A DNA stretch of 64,000 nt from an uncultured virus (IMG/VR IMGVR_UViG_3300040816_000784) (Duplodnaviria; Heunggongvirae; Uroviricota; Caudoviricetes), in the IMG/VR virus record IMGVR_UViG_3300040816_000784; one strand, given 5' to 3'. The position numbers and the translations under genes are program-made. Positions 1 to 9,715 of the stretch are shown in pieces; the first letter of the stretch is position 1; the number at the start of each line of letters is the position of its first letter. The notes below the pieces were generated by a model. The model was given only the letters and a program-made list of their open reading frames with translations. It searched no databases and was not told the origin of the DNA.

Positions 1-45
1 AGCATTGATAAATGTTGTGTCAACGTTTATGTGTAAGTAATCCAT
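1..45 (-). CDS. 5' end of a gene running off the window edge (MDYLHINVDTTFINA...)
   Basis: ATG at 45 preceded by a TAAATA box 5 nt upstream, directly after a terminator; frame open to the edge. Confidence 0.5.
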   Translation of the reverse strand, partial: MDYLHINVDTTFINA

Positions 46-60
46 AGCAATATTTAGCCA

Positions 61-88
61 AAAAAAAGCAGGCCGGAGCCTGCTTTTT
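61..88. terminator. Intrinsic terminator downstream of the 1018-aa gene
   Basis: AAAAAGCAGGC-CGGA-GCCTGCTTTTT hairpin with A/T tracts on both sides. Confidence 0.85.
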
Positions 89-104
89 CGTTACCATTCT
101 AAGA

Positions 105-3100
105 TTAAGTTAAGAACTGATATTCAACTGTTGCTGTTACGGCTCCAGCAGTTGGAGTACTTGCTGTACTACCATCTGACTGTTTAAATGATGCTGTTAC
201 TGTCGCACCACCTGTTATAGCCTCTGCACCTAAATCAACAATATAAACACCTGTTACAGTTGGATCGTTTTGAGCCACTGCCATCAAGTCGTTTGTACCG
301 TCGTTTACAACTATGCCATCTACAGAACCACCACTAAAGCCTGTTGAGACTTTTAATGTTAGTTTAGAACCAATGTAAGTTCTTCCTGATGTGTTTGGCA
401 TTGTACCAATTACAAAAGAACTATCACTGCTATTCGCTGTAAATGTTGCTCTTAATACAGTATCATCAACTGCCGCAACCTTAGTATCAACATACGCCTT
501 AACGGATTCAGAAGTTGCAACTGTTGTTGCACTTGCTGTAGCCATTGTGTCGTCGTCAATAAAGTTTGCAATAGTAATTGAACCGTCACTTAAATCAACA
601 AACTGTACTGTACCACTTGAAGTGATATCTTTTGCGTGTACATCTGCATCAGATAAGTTTAAATCACCTGTTGCGTCTGCTGTTTCAACTGTAGTTGCAA
701 ATCTAAATGAGTCGGATGCTTCGTCCCAGCCCATAAATGCGTTGTCGCCTGTTGAGCCTCTTTCCATCAATATACCAATGTCATTAGCATTAGCACCTGA
801 TAAGCCTGAGTTCAATTCAAACAATGTATCTTCAACTGTTGTGTTAGTTGAACTTAGTGTAGTTGTAGTACCGTTTACAGTTAAGTTACCACCAATAACA
901 GCATCGCTTGATGTTGTTAAAGTTGCGGCACTAACGTCACCTGCTGTAACAAAGTTACCTGCAGTTACGTTTCCACTTGCTGTAATAGTTGTTGCACCAC
1001 TCATAGCACCACTAGTAATTGTAGCAGTACCATCTGTTAAACTACCACCAGTTACTGCACCAGTCATAGTAGCAGTTGCACCACTAATATTACCTGTTAC
1101 ATCACCTGTTACATCACCAGTTAAGTCACCTGAGAAACCACCTGCTGTAACTGTACCAGTGAACCCACCAGTAGTAGCACCACTTAAAGCACCACTGCTG
1201 AATGTTGCAGTTCCGTCAGTTAAACTACCACCTGTTACGGCGCCAGATGCAGATATAGATGTAACACTTGGGTTAGCATCTAGGTTTAAAGTAACTGTAT
1301 CAGTTGCACTAACAACTGAAGTAATATTAGTACCACCAGCAACTGTTAAAGTGTCACCACCATCAATTGTTTGAGTGTTACTACCATCTGATAATGTGAA
1401 TGAAGTAGAGATAGCCGCAGTAGATACTGCTGTAACTCTACCTTTTGCATCAACTGTTAGTACTGGTATTGCTGTTGAGCTACCTACTGTACCTGCACTA
1501 ACACCACTATTTGCTAGTGTAGTAGATATAGTTGCTGTATCACCAGCACTTGTAAACGTTGCACTACCTGTTGCATCACCTGATAAAGCAACTGTAACTG
1601 CACTTGATAATGCGTCTGCATCATCGGCTGTACCTGTTAAGTTACCTGTTACATTACCTGTTACATCACCAACTAAGTCTGCTGTTACTGTATCAAATGA
1701 TACGTTGGCAGTTGTTGCTACATCCTGTCCAATTGCTACTGAACCAGAAGTAATAGTTACGCCTGTTCCACCAGTAATGTGTGCTCTAACTTCTGCCGCA
1801 CTAGGACCTGTGTAACTAATTACACCTGTTGAGTTATCATATGATAATGAACCATCACCGCCGTTATCAGTAACACTGATGTTACCTCTTGCTCTTGCGG
1901 CTGTGAAGTATAAGTTAGTACCTTCTGATAAGTCAGATGTACTGTGGTTAGCAATACTACTTACTGTACCAGTTACGTCACCTGTTAAATCACCTTCAAA
2001 TGAAGTTGCTTTTACATTTTCTGAACCAAAGTCCCACTCATCACCAACTGATGTGTAAAGAATTTGTTTAATTACGCCGTTTGCATTTGCTTCAAAACCA
2101 ACATCGGTATCTGCACCGTTGCTGTTTACTCTGAAGATTGCATCAGCAGTTTCTACTGTAGTTGAATTTACAGTTGTTTGTGTTCCTTGTACTGTTAAGT
2201 TACCTGTGATTGTGGCATCACCCGCAATACTAATTGCACTAGACGTAATATCGTCCGAGTTCAATGTTCCAGTAACTGTTAAATCATTTCCGATTGTTAC
2301 ATCATTTGGAAGGCCGATTTGTACTTGGTTGTTTGTAACCGCAGTTTCGATTTCATTAGCAGTTCCTACGAATGCTAATGTGTCTGTTCCAACTGTTACA
2401 GTATCAGTAGCACTTCCATCACCAATTGTTAGTATGGAACTTGTAGCCGCTGTAGAAACACTAGTAACTCTACCCTTAGCATCTACAGTAATTACTGGAA
2501 TAGCACTTGAACTACCATATGAACCAGCACTAACGCCTGAAGCGGCTAGTGTAGTTGAGATAGTTGCTGTGTCTCCAGCACTTGTAAATGTTGCGGAACC
2601 AGTAGCATCACCTGAAAGTGCAACTGTAACTGCACTTGACAATGCATCAGCGTCATCCGCCGTACCTGTTAAGTTACCTGTTACGTTACCAGTGATAGTA
2701 CTGGAGGCATTGATAGTTGTAAAACTACCAGCCGCCGCTGAGTTGGCACCAATAACTGCTCCATCGATAGCACCGCCATCAATGTCCACAGCATTACTTG
2801 CCTGAGTTGCTATGTTACCTAAACCAAGAGATGTTCTACCTGCTGATGCGTCTGCGTCTGCAAGTAGGCCTAATCCAAATGCTGTAATATCAGCGGTAGT
2901 AAATTGGTTGGCTCCGTTCGAGTAAATGATCTTGTCTTGGGCTACACTTGTTAAACCAGTACCACCATAGGCTACGCCTATTGCTGTACCGTTCCATGTA
3001 CCCGCTTCAACAGTTGCAAATTCAATGTTTTCTAATGAAGACCCTGAATCTTTAACTTGGAATTTTCCGTTTGACTTGTCGTATACGAAAAATCCACCAC

Positions 3101-3161
3101 CTTTACCTAATTGAACATCGGAGGCAACACCTTTAATACCAAAGTTTTTTATGTTCGCCAT
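105..3161 (-). CDS. Long tail-fibre-like virion protein
   Basis: 1018 aa, G/T/S/A-rich; GNVTGNLTG and 'VDAKGRVT' fibre-type repeats; SD AGGAG upstream. Confidence 0.75.
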   Translation of the reverse strand: MANIKNFGIKGVASDVQLGKGGGFFVYDKSNGKFQVKDSGSSLENIEFATVEAGTWNGTAIGVAYGGTGLTSVAQDKIIYSNGANQFTTADITAFGLGLLADADASAGRTSLGLGNIATQASNAVDIDGGAIDGAVIGANSAAAGSFTTINASSTITGNVTGNLTGTADDADALSSAVTVALSGDATGSATFTSAGDTATISTTLAASGVSAGSYGSSSAIPVITVDAKGRVTSVSTAATSSILTIGDGSATDTVTVGTDTLAFVGTANEIETAVTNNQVQIGLPNDVTIGNDLTVTGTLNSDDITSSAISIAGDATITGNLTVQGTQTTVNSTTVETADAIFRVNSNGADTDVGFEANANGVIKQILYTSVGDEWDFGSENVKATSFEGDLTGDVTGTVSSIANHSTSDLSEGTNLYFTAARARGNISVTDNGGDGSLSYDNSTGVISYTGPSAAEVRAHITGGTGVTITSGSVAIGQDVATTANVSFDTVTADLVGDVTGNVTGNLTGTADDADALSSAVTVALSGDATGSATFTSAGDTATISTTLANSGVSAGTVGSSTAIPVLTVDAKGRVTAVSTAAISTSFTLSDGSNTQTIDGGDTLTVAGGTNITSVVSATDTVTLNLDANPSVTSISASGAVTGGSLTDGTATFSSGALSGATTGGFTGTVTAGGFSGDLTGDVTGDVTGNISGATATMTGAVTGGSLTDGTATITSGAMSGATTITASGNVTAGNFVTAGDVSAATLTTSSDAVIGGNLTVNGTTTTLSSTNTTVEDTLFELNSGLSGANANDIGILMERGSTGDNAFMGWDEASDSFRFATTVETADATGDLNLSDADVHAKDITSSGTVQFVDLSDGSITIANFIDDDTMATASATTVATSESVKAYVDTKVAAVDDTVLRATFTANSSDSSFVIGTMPNTSGRTYIGSKLTLKVSTGFSGGSVDGIVVNDGTNDLMAVAQNDPTVTGVYIVDLGAEAITGGATVTASFKQSDGSTASTPTAGAVTATVEYQFLT
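1513..2690. repeat. Intragenic direct repeat, two 146-bp copies (1513-1658 and 2545-2690)
   Basis: Both copies encode GNVTGNLTGTADDADALSSAVTVALSGDATGSATFTSAGDTATISTTLA; DNA differs at synonymous sites. Confidence 0.9.
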
Positions 3162-3245
3162 TTGTTACTCCTATAGGATTATATTTCATGCATGAATTCA
3201 GACTATGATAAGTCTGGTTCAAGTATATTTATCTTTAATAAGAAA

Positions 3246-5282
3246 TTAGACGTAAGTTACAGTTAGTGTAAATGCACCAATAGTAGCACTTCTATGGCTA
3301 ATACGAGCTCTTAAGGCCAAGTCTGAGGTTTGTGTTGAAGGATAAAGATAGTTAGGTTGTGCTGAATACACACCTGTTGATTCTAAGTCACTTGCGTCTT
3401 CATCCATGTACGCATTTAAGTCACTTGCTGTACCAACTTCTATAGTAGGAGCAGTACCACCTGAGTAGTTAGTTAAGGCTGTTGTTACTTCAACAGCAAC
3501 TTCTATAATTCTACATCCTGGTGATATATTATCTAAGTTGATAGTTTCTATTCCACCAAAACCACCTCCCGGAGCACTAAATGAGTAACTCATTGTTTGT
3601 GCATCTGTGTTAGCACTATCCTGATTACCTACTTCTACCCAACCGCTACCGTCGTATATAAATAGTCCCCATTCGCTATCACCTGCGTTCACAACATAAG
3701 CCATGTCTCCGCCTTGTGCTGTTAGACTATTTCTTGCACTGATATCATTTACAACTGTTACACCACCACTTCTAACACCGTGTTCAATGTAAAGTCCTAA
3801 TGGGAATTGACCATTGTGTACACTATAGATATCTAAATCTGCTGTGGGTGTGCCTACTTGATCTTCCAAGTCAATTGGACCACCATCAGTTCTAATTAGT
3901 TTTAAGAAGTTACCTGTAGTTGCTGTAGATGATAAAGGTAATCCTGTAACACTACTTGGACCAAACATATTGACATTACCTTGAGCATCACCTGATACAT
4001 TGTATAATGTCATTGCGTTTCCGTTTGATTCAGTTAGTCTTATCTCACCACTACCTAAAACACTTACTGATAAGTTAGCAATATTTCCTGCTTCAATGGC
4101 ATTTTTAATATCAGTTGCATCAGCAATACCAGAACCATATGAACCACTACCACTTGCATCGCTGTTTACAGTTATAAGAACATTACCATCACCTGTGTCA
4201 ATATTACCACTAAATGGTATGTAACCACCTAATAAACCGTAATTATATGTATCAGTTGCACTTGTAAGTGTGCCTGGTTCTGCAACTAAACTTGCACTTA
4301 CAGATGTATTTGCTGTATGGTTATTAAAATCTTGTGCTGTAACAGTAGTATTACCACCAGTGAATGTTACATTAGAACCATTTACTTCTAATATGCTGTT
4401 AGCATTAGCCACAGCACTTGCATTACCACTTACTACGTCACTTGATACTGCATCTTTGATCTTTAAGAATATAACTTTACCTGTCTCAGTTGCAGTTAAA
4501 TCACCATCTGTATCGGCATATATGTAGTCACCTATGTTACCAGGTAGACTAGGATTGAAATCTATTATTCTATTTTGAGGCATGACCATAAATTGATTTG
4601 GCCCTGGCCCTGCTACACTCACAACACCAATTGTTCTTGCCATTGTACTTGCATTTGCTTTCTCATATGATCCGGCTTCTGTTACTACAATAACATCACC
4701 ACGAGCAAAACCATGTGCTGTTTTTTCTAATCTAAAGTTCTCAGCAGGATTCATGTATTCAAATCTACTTGTAACATTAGGGAAGAAGTCTGAACTAACA
4801 ACACTTGCTGGAAGTGGATCTAGTAAAGGCTTACCTGCTTCGTTTAATGTAAATAAGATTGCTGTACCTGGTACACTGAATATTGGTGAACCAGTTGCAC
4901 TTCTAAATGTATTGTATCTTAACACATCTTCTATAATACATGTTACACTAGTAGTAGACTTTGAACTAACACTTACTATCTGCATACATCTACCATCCTG
5001 AGAACCAGCAAGCCAATCGCCTACTGATACATCTAGTCCATTGTATTCTCTAGAGTCTCTGGATTTATGTGAACCGTGGTTTTGTGCTGTAACTGTAAAC
5101 GTTACTGAGTATTGATAAAACTTAGGACTGCTTGAGGACTGCCACCATGGGTCACCCTCTCCATCGTTGTGTGGCCAATATGATTCACCTGTGGCACTGG
5201 TAACTGAACATTGTAAAACCTTTGCTGGTTTGTAAATGTCTAACGTACTTGTTGCACTTTTATTATATATTGACTCAGCCAT
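3246..5282 (-). CDS. Putative virion structural protein
   Basis: 678 aa in structural cluster; C-terminal domain resembles that of 23340..24401. Confidence 0.6.
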   Translation of the reverse strand: MAESIYNKSATSTLDIYKPAKVLQCSVTSATGESYWPHNDGEGDPWWQSSSSPKFYQYSVTFTVTAQNHGSHKSRDSREYNGLDVSVGDWLAGSQDGRCMQIVSVSSKSTTSVTCIIEDVLRYNTFRSATGSPIFSVPGTAILFTLNEAGKPLLDPLPASVVSSDFFPNVTSRFEYMNPAENFRLEKTAHGFARGDVIVVTEAGSYEKANASTMARTIGVVSVAGPGPNQFMVMPQNRIIDFNPSLPGNIGDYIYADTDGDLTATETGKVIFLKIKDAVSSDVVSGNASAVANANSILEVNGSNVTFTGGNTTVTAQDFNNHTANTSVSASLVAEPGTLTSATDTYNYGLLGGYIPFSGNIDTGDGNVLITVNSDASGSGSYGSGIADATDIKNAIEAGNIANLSVSVLGSGEIRLTESNGNAMTLYNVSGDAQGNVNMFGPSSVTGLPLSSTATTGNFLKLIRTDGGPIDLEDQVGTPTADLDIYSVHNGQFPLGLYIEHGVRSGGVTVVNDISARNSLTAQGGDMAYVVNAGDSEWGLFIYDGSGWVEVGNQDSANTDAQTMSYSFSAPGGGFGGIETINLDNISPGCRIIEVAVEVTTALTNYSGGTAPTIEVGTASDLNAYMDEDASDLESTGVYSAQPNYLYPSTQTSDLALRARISHRSATIGAFTLTVTYV

Positions 5283-5285
5283 CTA

Positions 5286-8200
5286 TTACGATCCCATTGT
5301 AAAGTATATCCAAGCATGTGAAGATTGTCCAAAGGAACTACTTGCACCTACTTCTGATCTAGTCAAACTCATTGTGATATTAGCAGTTCCAAAATTACCG
5401 TGAGGATCACTTGAACCATCTAGTTTCAATGTTGTGTTCACTGTATTTTGAGTCATATGCTTGATGTTGTATTCACTTGTTGACTGACTATAACCATATG
5501 CCATAATTGCTGTTGGAGGGAAATTATAATTTCCACCAAAGTCAACAACTATTTCACAACTGTTTGAAGCACTATTATTTACTGTAACGTTACCTATGTT
5601 TGTACTAATATTGGAAATACCACCTGTACCTACACTTGTATCAATTGCTCCACCACTGGTATAATTTAATTTGAAATACTCTACACTGGCACCACCGCCA
5701 CCACCTCCGCCTCCGGAGATAGCCTGGGTTGTAACACCTGTAATACGACCTTGTTGGTCGACTGTTATTCTTGCTGATTGTGTACCACTACCATAAGTAC
5801 CTGGAGTAACTGATGTATCTGCTAAGTTTAATGTAGCATCACCAGTTGTGGCACCACCTGTTAAACCTGTTCCTGCTGTAACGGCTGTGATATCTCCACC
5901 ACCGCCAACACTACCTAGTATTGTTGTTAAGTCAACATTACTATTACTACCACTAATAGTAATAACATTACCTGCTAAGTTTAATGTTTGATCGGAGCCA
6001 CCTAATATACTTGTTAAGTCAACATTACCTGATTGTCCTGTTAAACTTATTACATTACCCGATATAGTTAAATCTTGATTGTCGCTTTCGCTTGTTAAGT
6101 ATGAACTTAAATCTGGTGGTGTAAATGTATAAACACCTGTACTATTATTGTATGCTAAACTACCACCGCCACTTGCACTTGCTGTCGAAACACTAAAGTC
6201 TGTAAGTTGTACCCCATCTGCTCCATCACTACCTGCTGGACCTTGTGGGCCTGTTGGACCTTGTATATTACCAACATCTTGTGTTGAAGTATTTGAATAG
6301 TTAAGAACTAAATTACCACCTACTAAACTAGTGCTTGTTATACCAACACCAGCATTACCTTGTGGACCTGTTGTTCCGTCTGCACCCAGTACATTACCAG
6401 CATCTAAAGTTGTGCTGTCATTTAATGTTATTACCAAGTTGCCTGAACCGTTTACTGTTGCTGAACTTACACCAGCATTACCATCACCTTGTGGTCCTAC
6501 ATTACCCTGTGGTCCTTGTGGCCCTGTTGGTCCAGTTGCACCAGTATCACCTTGTGGTCCCTGAGCACCTGTTTGTCCTACTACACTACTAAGGTCAATG
6601 TTAGCACTATCTAGTGTTAAGTAAGTATTGCCACTTAATGCTAGACTAGGCTTACCTGTTAAGTCACTGTAAGTACCAGTAAATGCTACTGTACTTAATT
6701 CTGTATTGCTGTTTGCTAATGCATTGGCTACTTCTGCCAAACTGTCTAAGTTTACATTAGCACCGCCTATAATTCTTGTTTCTAAATTGTCAACGTATGC
6801 CTGCATATTTGTATTGGCAGTTGCTATATCAGAGTCTGTTGCATAATTATTTGTACTTAAATATGAAGCAACATTACTGTCGCCATAATTGCCTGCTACG
6901 TTTCCTAATGCTGATGTTAAGTCTACTGTTGAAGCATTTCCTGAAATACTTATAAGGTTGCCATTTATAGCAATTGATTGTGCATCAGTATCTGCAGATG
7001 CTAATACTGTAGTTAAATCAACTGTGCTACCACTACCACTAATAGTAATTATGTTACCTGATAAACTTAATGTTTGATCACTATCATCTAATAGTGTACT
7101 TAGGTCTACTGAATTTCCACCACTTATACTTAGGTTGCTATTTGCACTATCCCAAGTTAAACTTTGTGTAGTTGCTTGTACGTTTGCAGGAGTAAATGTA
7201 AATGCACCTGCATTGTCATATGCTAAACTGCCATTACCACTTGGTGTTGCAGTTGTAACACTAAAATCTGTTAGGGCAACATTGCTGTTACCACCACTTG
7301 CAGATACGTTTCCGTATTCAAATTTGCTATTGGCCGCATTCCAAAGTAATGCTTGTCCGTTTGCTATGCCACTAATATTACCTATGTCGCTTAGATCTGC
7401 AACACTACTACCACTGATATTTGCCGCGGCTTCACCTGTTGCTGTAATAACAACTTTGTCTGATTCGCCTACAGTAACATCAATACCAGCACCACCTTCG
7501 AATGTGATAGTGTCTAAAGTGCCATCTGCTACTACACTATTACTACCATCTGTGAGTCTACCAAAAGCAAATGCTTGTGGCACAACTGAATCAATAGTAA
7601 TTGTTTCTGCGTTTACATCTGATGTAATAACTACGTTAGCACCTGCTCTAAGGTCTACTTTAGTACTGTTAAATGGTGTTGAACCATTTGTTACAGTAAT
7701 ATTGCTTATAAGTCCTGATGTATTTGCAACATCTACATTGGCTATTAAGGCATCTATTTCTGTTGAACTATAAGTATTTGCCGCCAACATATAGTTTGCC
7801 GCTGGGTGTGAGCCTAAGTTAGTTGCATTAGTGGCCAAGTCTGCTTCACCTCTAAAGTATGTAGCAAACACTTGACTATATTTGTTTGAACTGTTACCTA
7901 AATTGTATAGGTTTGTTATAGCAGGAGCATGGTCTGATACGGAAGTTATTGCTGTTGCCACATGAGCATTAAAAGTAAGATTGTCTACTTTACCAGTAAT
8001 GTCTGTGTTGTTTACAAAAGTTAGTTGTCCGTTGCCATCTGTTGCTAGTATTTGATGTGCATTACCGTCTGTTGTAGGAAATGCTAATCCACCTGCTATT
8101 GAGAAATTTGTTGTTACAAGATTGCTTGAGGTTATAACTCCGTCTGCAATTGATACATTATTGTTTGCACCTAATATTGAAAGTGTAGTACCATCAAATT

Positions 8201-8573
8201 GTAAGTTATTATTACCAGATATGACGTTGCCGCCATCGTTTACAACAACTACTGTATTAGAGTTGCCATCCGCAATAGATGTGTTGCCTACTCCTACAAC
8301 TGCGTCAATTGTTAAAACGTTATCATTTAAACTTAATGTTACGTTACTACCTGAGTCTAATTTGTAAAACTCTAAATATTGACTATCATTTTGTTTGTAA
8401 AGTCCAACACCTGTACTACCAATGTTTCTACCTAATCCTGTTACAGATGCGTTTGCACTAATGGCAGATGTTTCGTTTTTAAATGTTCCAGTTGCAGAAT
8501 CGTAAACCAAGACCTGATTGTCTTGAATATTACTAAGATCAAAAATTGCGTTGTCGTTTGAGCTAATTGCCAT
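5286..8573 (-). CDS. Collagen-repeat tail fibre-like protein
   Basis: 1095 aa; Gly-X-Y runs (GAQGPQGDTGATGPTGPQGPQG), repeated DQTLxLxGNxITISG units, 'TVDQQGRIT' motif. Confidence 0.75.
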   Translation of the reverse strand: MAISSNDNAIFDLSNIQDNQVLVYDSATGTFKNETSAISANASVTGLGRNIGSTGVGLYKQNDSQYLEFYKLDSGSNVTLSLNDNVLTIDAVVGVGNTSIADGNSNTVVVVNDGGNVISGNNNLQFDGTTLSILGANNNVSIADGVITSSNLVTTNFSIAGGLAFPTTDGNAHQILATDGNGQLTFVNNTDITGKVDNLTFNAHVATAITSVSDHAPAITNLYNLGNSSNKYSQVFATYFRGEADLATNATNLGSHPAANYMLAANTYSSTEIDALIANVDVANTSGLISNITVTNGSTPFNSTKVDLRAGANVVITSDVNAETITIDSVVPQAFAFGRLTDGSNSVVADGTLDTITFEGGAGIDVTVGESDKVVITATGEAAANISGSSVADLSDIGNISGIANGQALLWNAANSKFEYGNVSASGGNSNVALTDFSVTTATPSGNGSLAYDNAGAFTFTPANVQATTQSLTWDSANSNLSISGGNSVDLSTLLDDSDQTLSLSGNIITISGSGSTVDLTTVLASADTDAQSIAINGNLISISGNASTVDLTSALGNVAGNYGDSNVASYLSTNNYATDSDIATANTNMQAYVDNLETRIIGGANVNLDSLAEVANALANSNTELSTVAFTGTYSDLTGKPSLALSGNTYLTLDSANIDLSSVVGQTGAQGPQGDTGATGPTGPQGPQGNVGPQGDGNAGVSSATVNGSGNLVITLNDSTTLDAGNVLGADGTTGPQGNAGVGITSTSLVGGNLVLNYSNTSTQDVGNIQGPTGPQGPAGSDGADGVQLTDFSVSTASASGGGSLAYNNSTGVYTFTPPDLSSYLTSESDNQDLTISGNVISLTGQSGNVDLTSILGGSDQTLNLAGNVITISGSNSNVDLTTILGSVGGGGDITAVTAGTGLTGGATTGDATLNLADTSVTPGTYGSGTQSARITVDQQGRITGVTTQAISGGGGGGGGASVEYFKLNYTSGGAIDTSVGTGGISNISTNIGNVTVNNSASNSCEIVVDFGGNYNFPPTAIMAYGYSQSTSEYNIKHMTQNTVNTTLKLDGSSDPHGNFGTANITMSLTRSEVGASSSFGQSSHAWIYFTMGS

Positions 8574-8630
8574 ATGATTAAATCCTGCGTTCTATATAGC
8601 AGTATTTATCACTTTTCTCAATTTTAGGCG

Positions 8631-9044
8631 TTAAGCGGAAAGTCTAATGTAGTTGAGGGCACCGTAATCGCTATCATATGTAGTCCCATCACCTAGGTAA
8701 CTACGATCCATCTTTACTCTTAAGTAAGTAAAGTTACCTGTTACATTGTATGCTTCTACACCATCTTTACCGGCTGTACCTGTTGCAGGAAATTGTTTGT
8801 AACCACCACTTGCGGCACTTACACCACCAAATACTTGTACGTTAAACCAATCTGCTTCAGTAGGGTCTAGAGATAATGTACCTTCAAAGTAAATTCTGCC
8901 TTTGAAAGCATTATAAGATATTGATATAGTATGTAATCCATCGCTGTAACCGTAGTAACTGTCGCCTTCTACTTTATCTGTAGTAAGGTTCATATTACTT
9001 CCAGTTCCGCTTTGTACTAATACACTTTTTCTGTTTATAGGCAT
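8631..9044 (-). CDS. Hypothetical beta-rich protein, probably virion-associated
   Basis: 137-aa ORF; GATAAATA box 5 nt before ATG. Confidence 0.6.
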   Translation of the reverse strand: MPINRKSVLVQSGTGSNMNLTTDKVEGDSYYGYSDGLHTISISYNAFKGRIYFEGTLSLDPTEADWFNVQVFGGVSAASGGYKQFPATGTAGKDGVEAYNVTGNFTYLRVKMDRSYLGDGTTYDSDYGALNYIRLSA

Positions 9045-9061
9045 ACTACTATTTATCTATT

Positions 9062-9715
9062 TTATCTAATTACCAGACAAGATGTTTTAAACAAAGTAAC
9101 ACCTGGGTGTTTTAGTTTAATAAACAATTCTAAGTCTTCTAATTCTTTTTCTTGCATGTATATAAATCTAGTTCTACGCACAGATCCATATACTTTATAT
9201 TCTTCCAATACGTTTTTTGCTGTGTCTATTGCTTTATGTACTTCTTCTAGTCTTTTAGCATAGTTACTAAAGCCACCACTTCCATAACTATAAGGTAAAA
9301 AGAAATGTACTTTAGTGTCATAATCTTTAAACCACTTTTGTTGTCTAATTTCGTATTCCTGATATCTAGTAGTTTGATTTACTTTTGTTTGTAGCATTTT
9401 AATGTGTGCTTTTGAGACAGGACCACTAATAGATACAACTTGATCGGCAAAAAAATGTAAAAACTCGTCTAGTAATTGTTTAGAATCTAAATATACTATC
9501 CTACTAAATGCTGATCTGATACTAGCATGTTTTGTATGATCAGGATAAAACCAATCAAGTATCTCTGACCAACGTTGACTATCATAAAATATAATATTAT
9601 TTACAAGTTTTACTTTGTATGGATACTTAGAATAATATACTTTATCTGAAGGAGTCAGTTGTGGGTAATCCTTTTTATTCAGCAGTTGTAATTTGTATGC
9701 CGTCGTCATACTCAA
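9062..9715 (-). CDS. Hypothetical protein
   Basis: 217-aa ORF co-oriented with and overlapping the clpA 3' end; start uncertain. Confidence 0.6.
   Translation of the reverse strand: MSMTTAYKLQLLNKKDYPQLTPSDKVYYSKYPYKVKLVNNIIFYDSQRWSEILDWFYPDHTKHASIRSAFSRIVYLDSKQLLDEFLHFFADQVVSISGPVSKAHIKMLQTKVNQTTRYQEYEIRQQKWFKDYDTKVHFFLPYSYGSGGFSNYAKRLEEVHKAIDTAKNVLEEYKVYGSVRRTRFIYMQEKELEDLELFIKLKHPGVTLFKTSCLVIR

Noticed and set aside
1513..2690. Diversity-generating retroelement TR/VR pair
   Set aside because: Both copies are in one gene, differences are synonymous rather than adenine-specific, and no reverse transcriptase is present
391..8461. Long plus-strand ORFs opposite the fibre genes, and similar antisense ORFs across the window
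   Set aside because: Shadow frames of G/T/S/A-rich genes; V/P/L-biased translations with no SD or recognisable motifs
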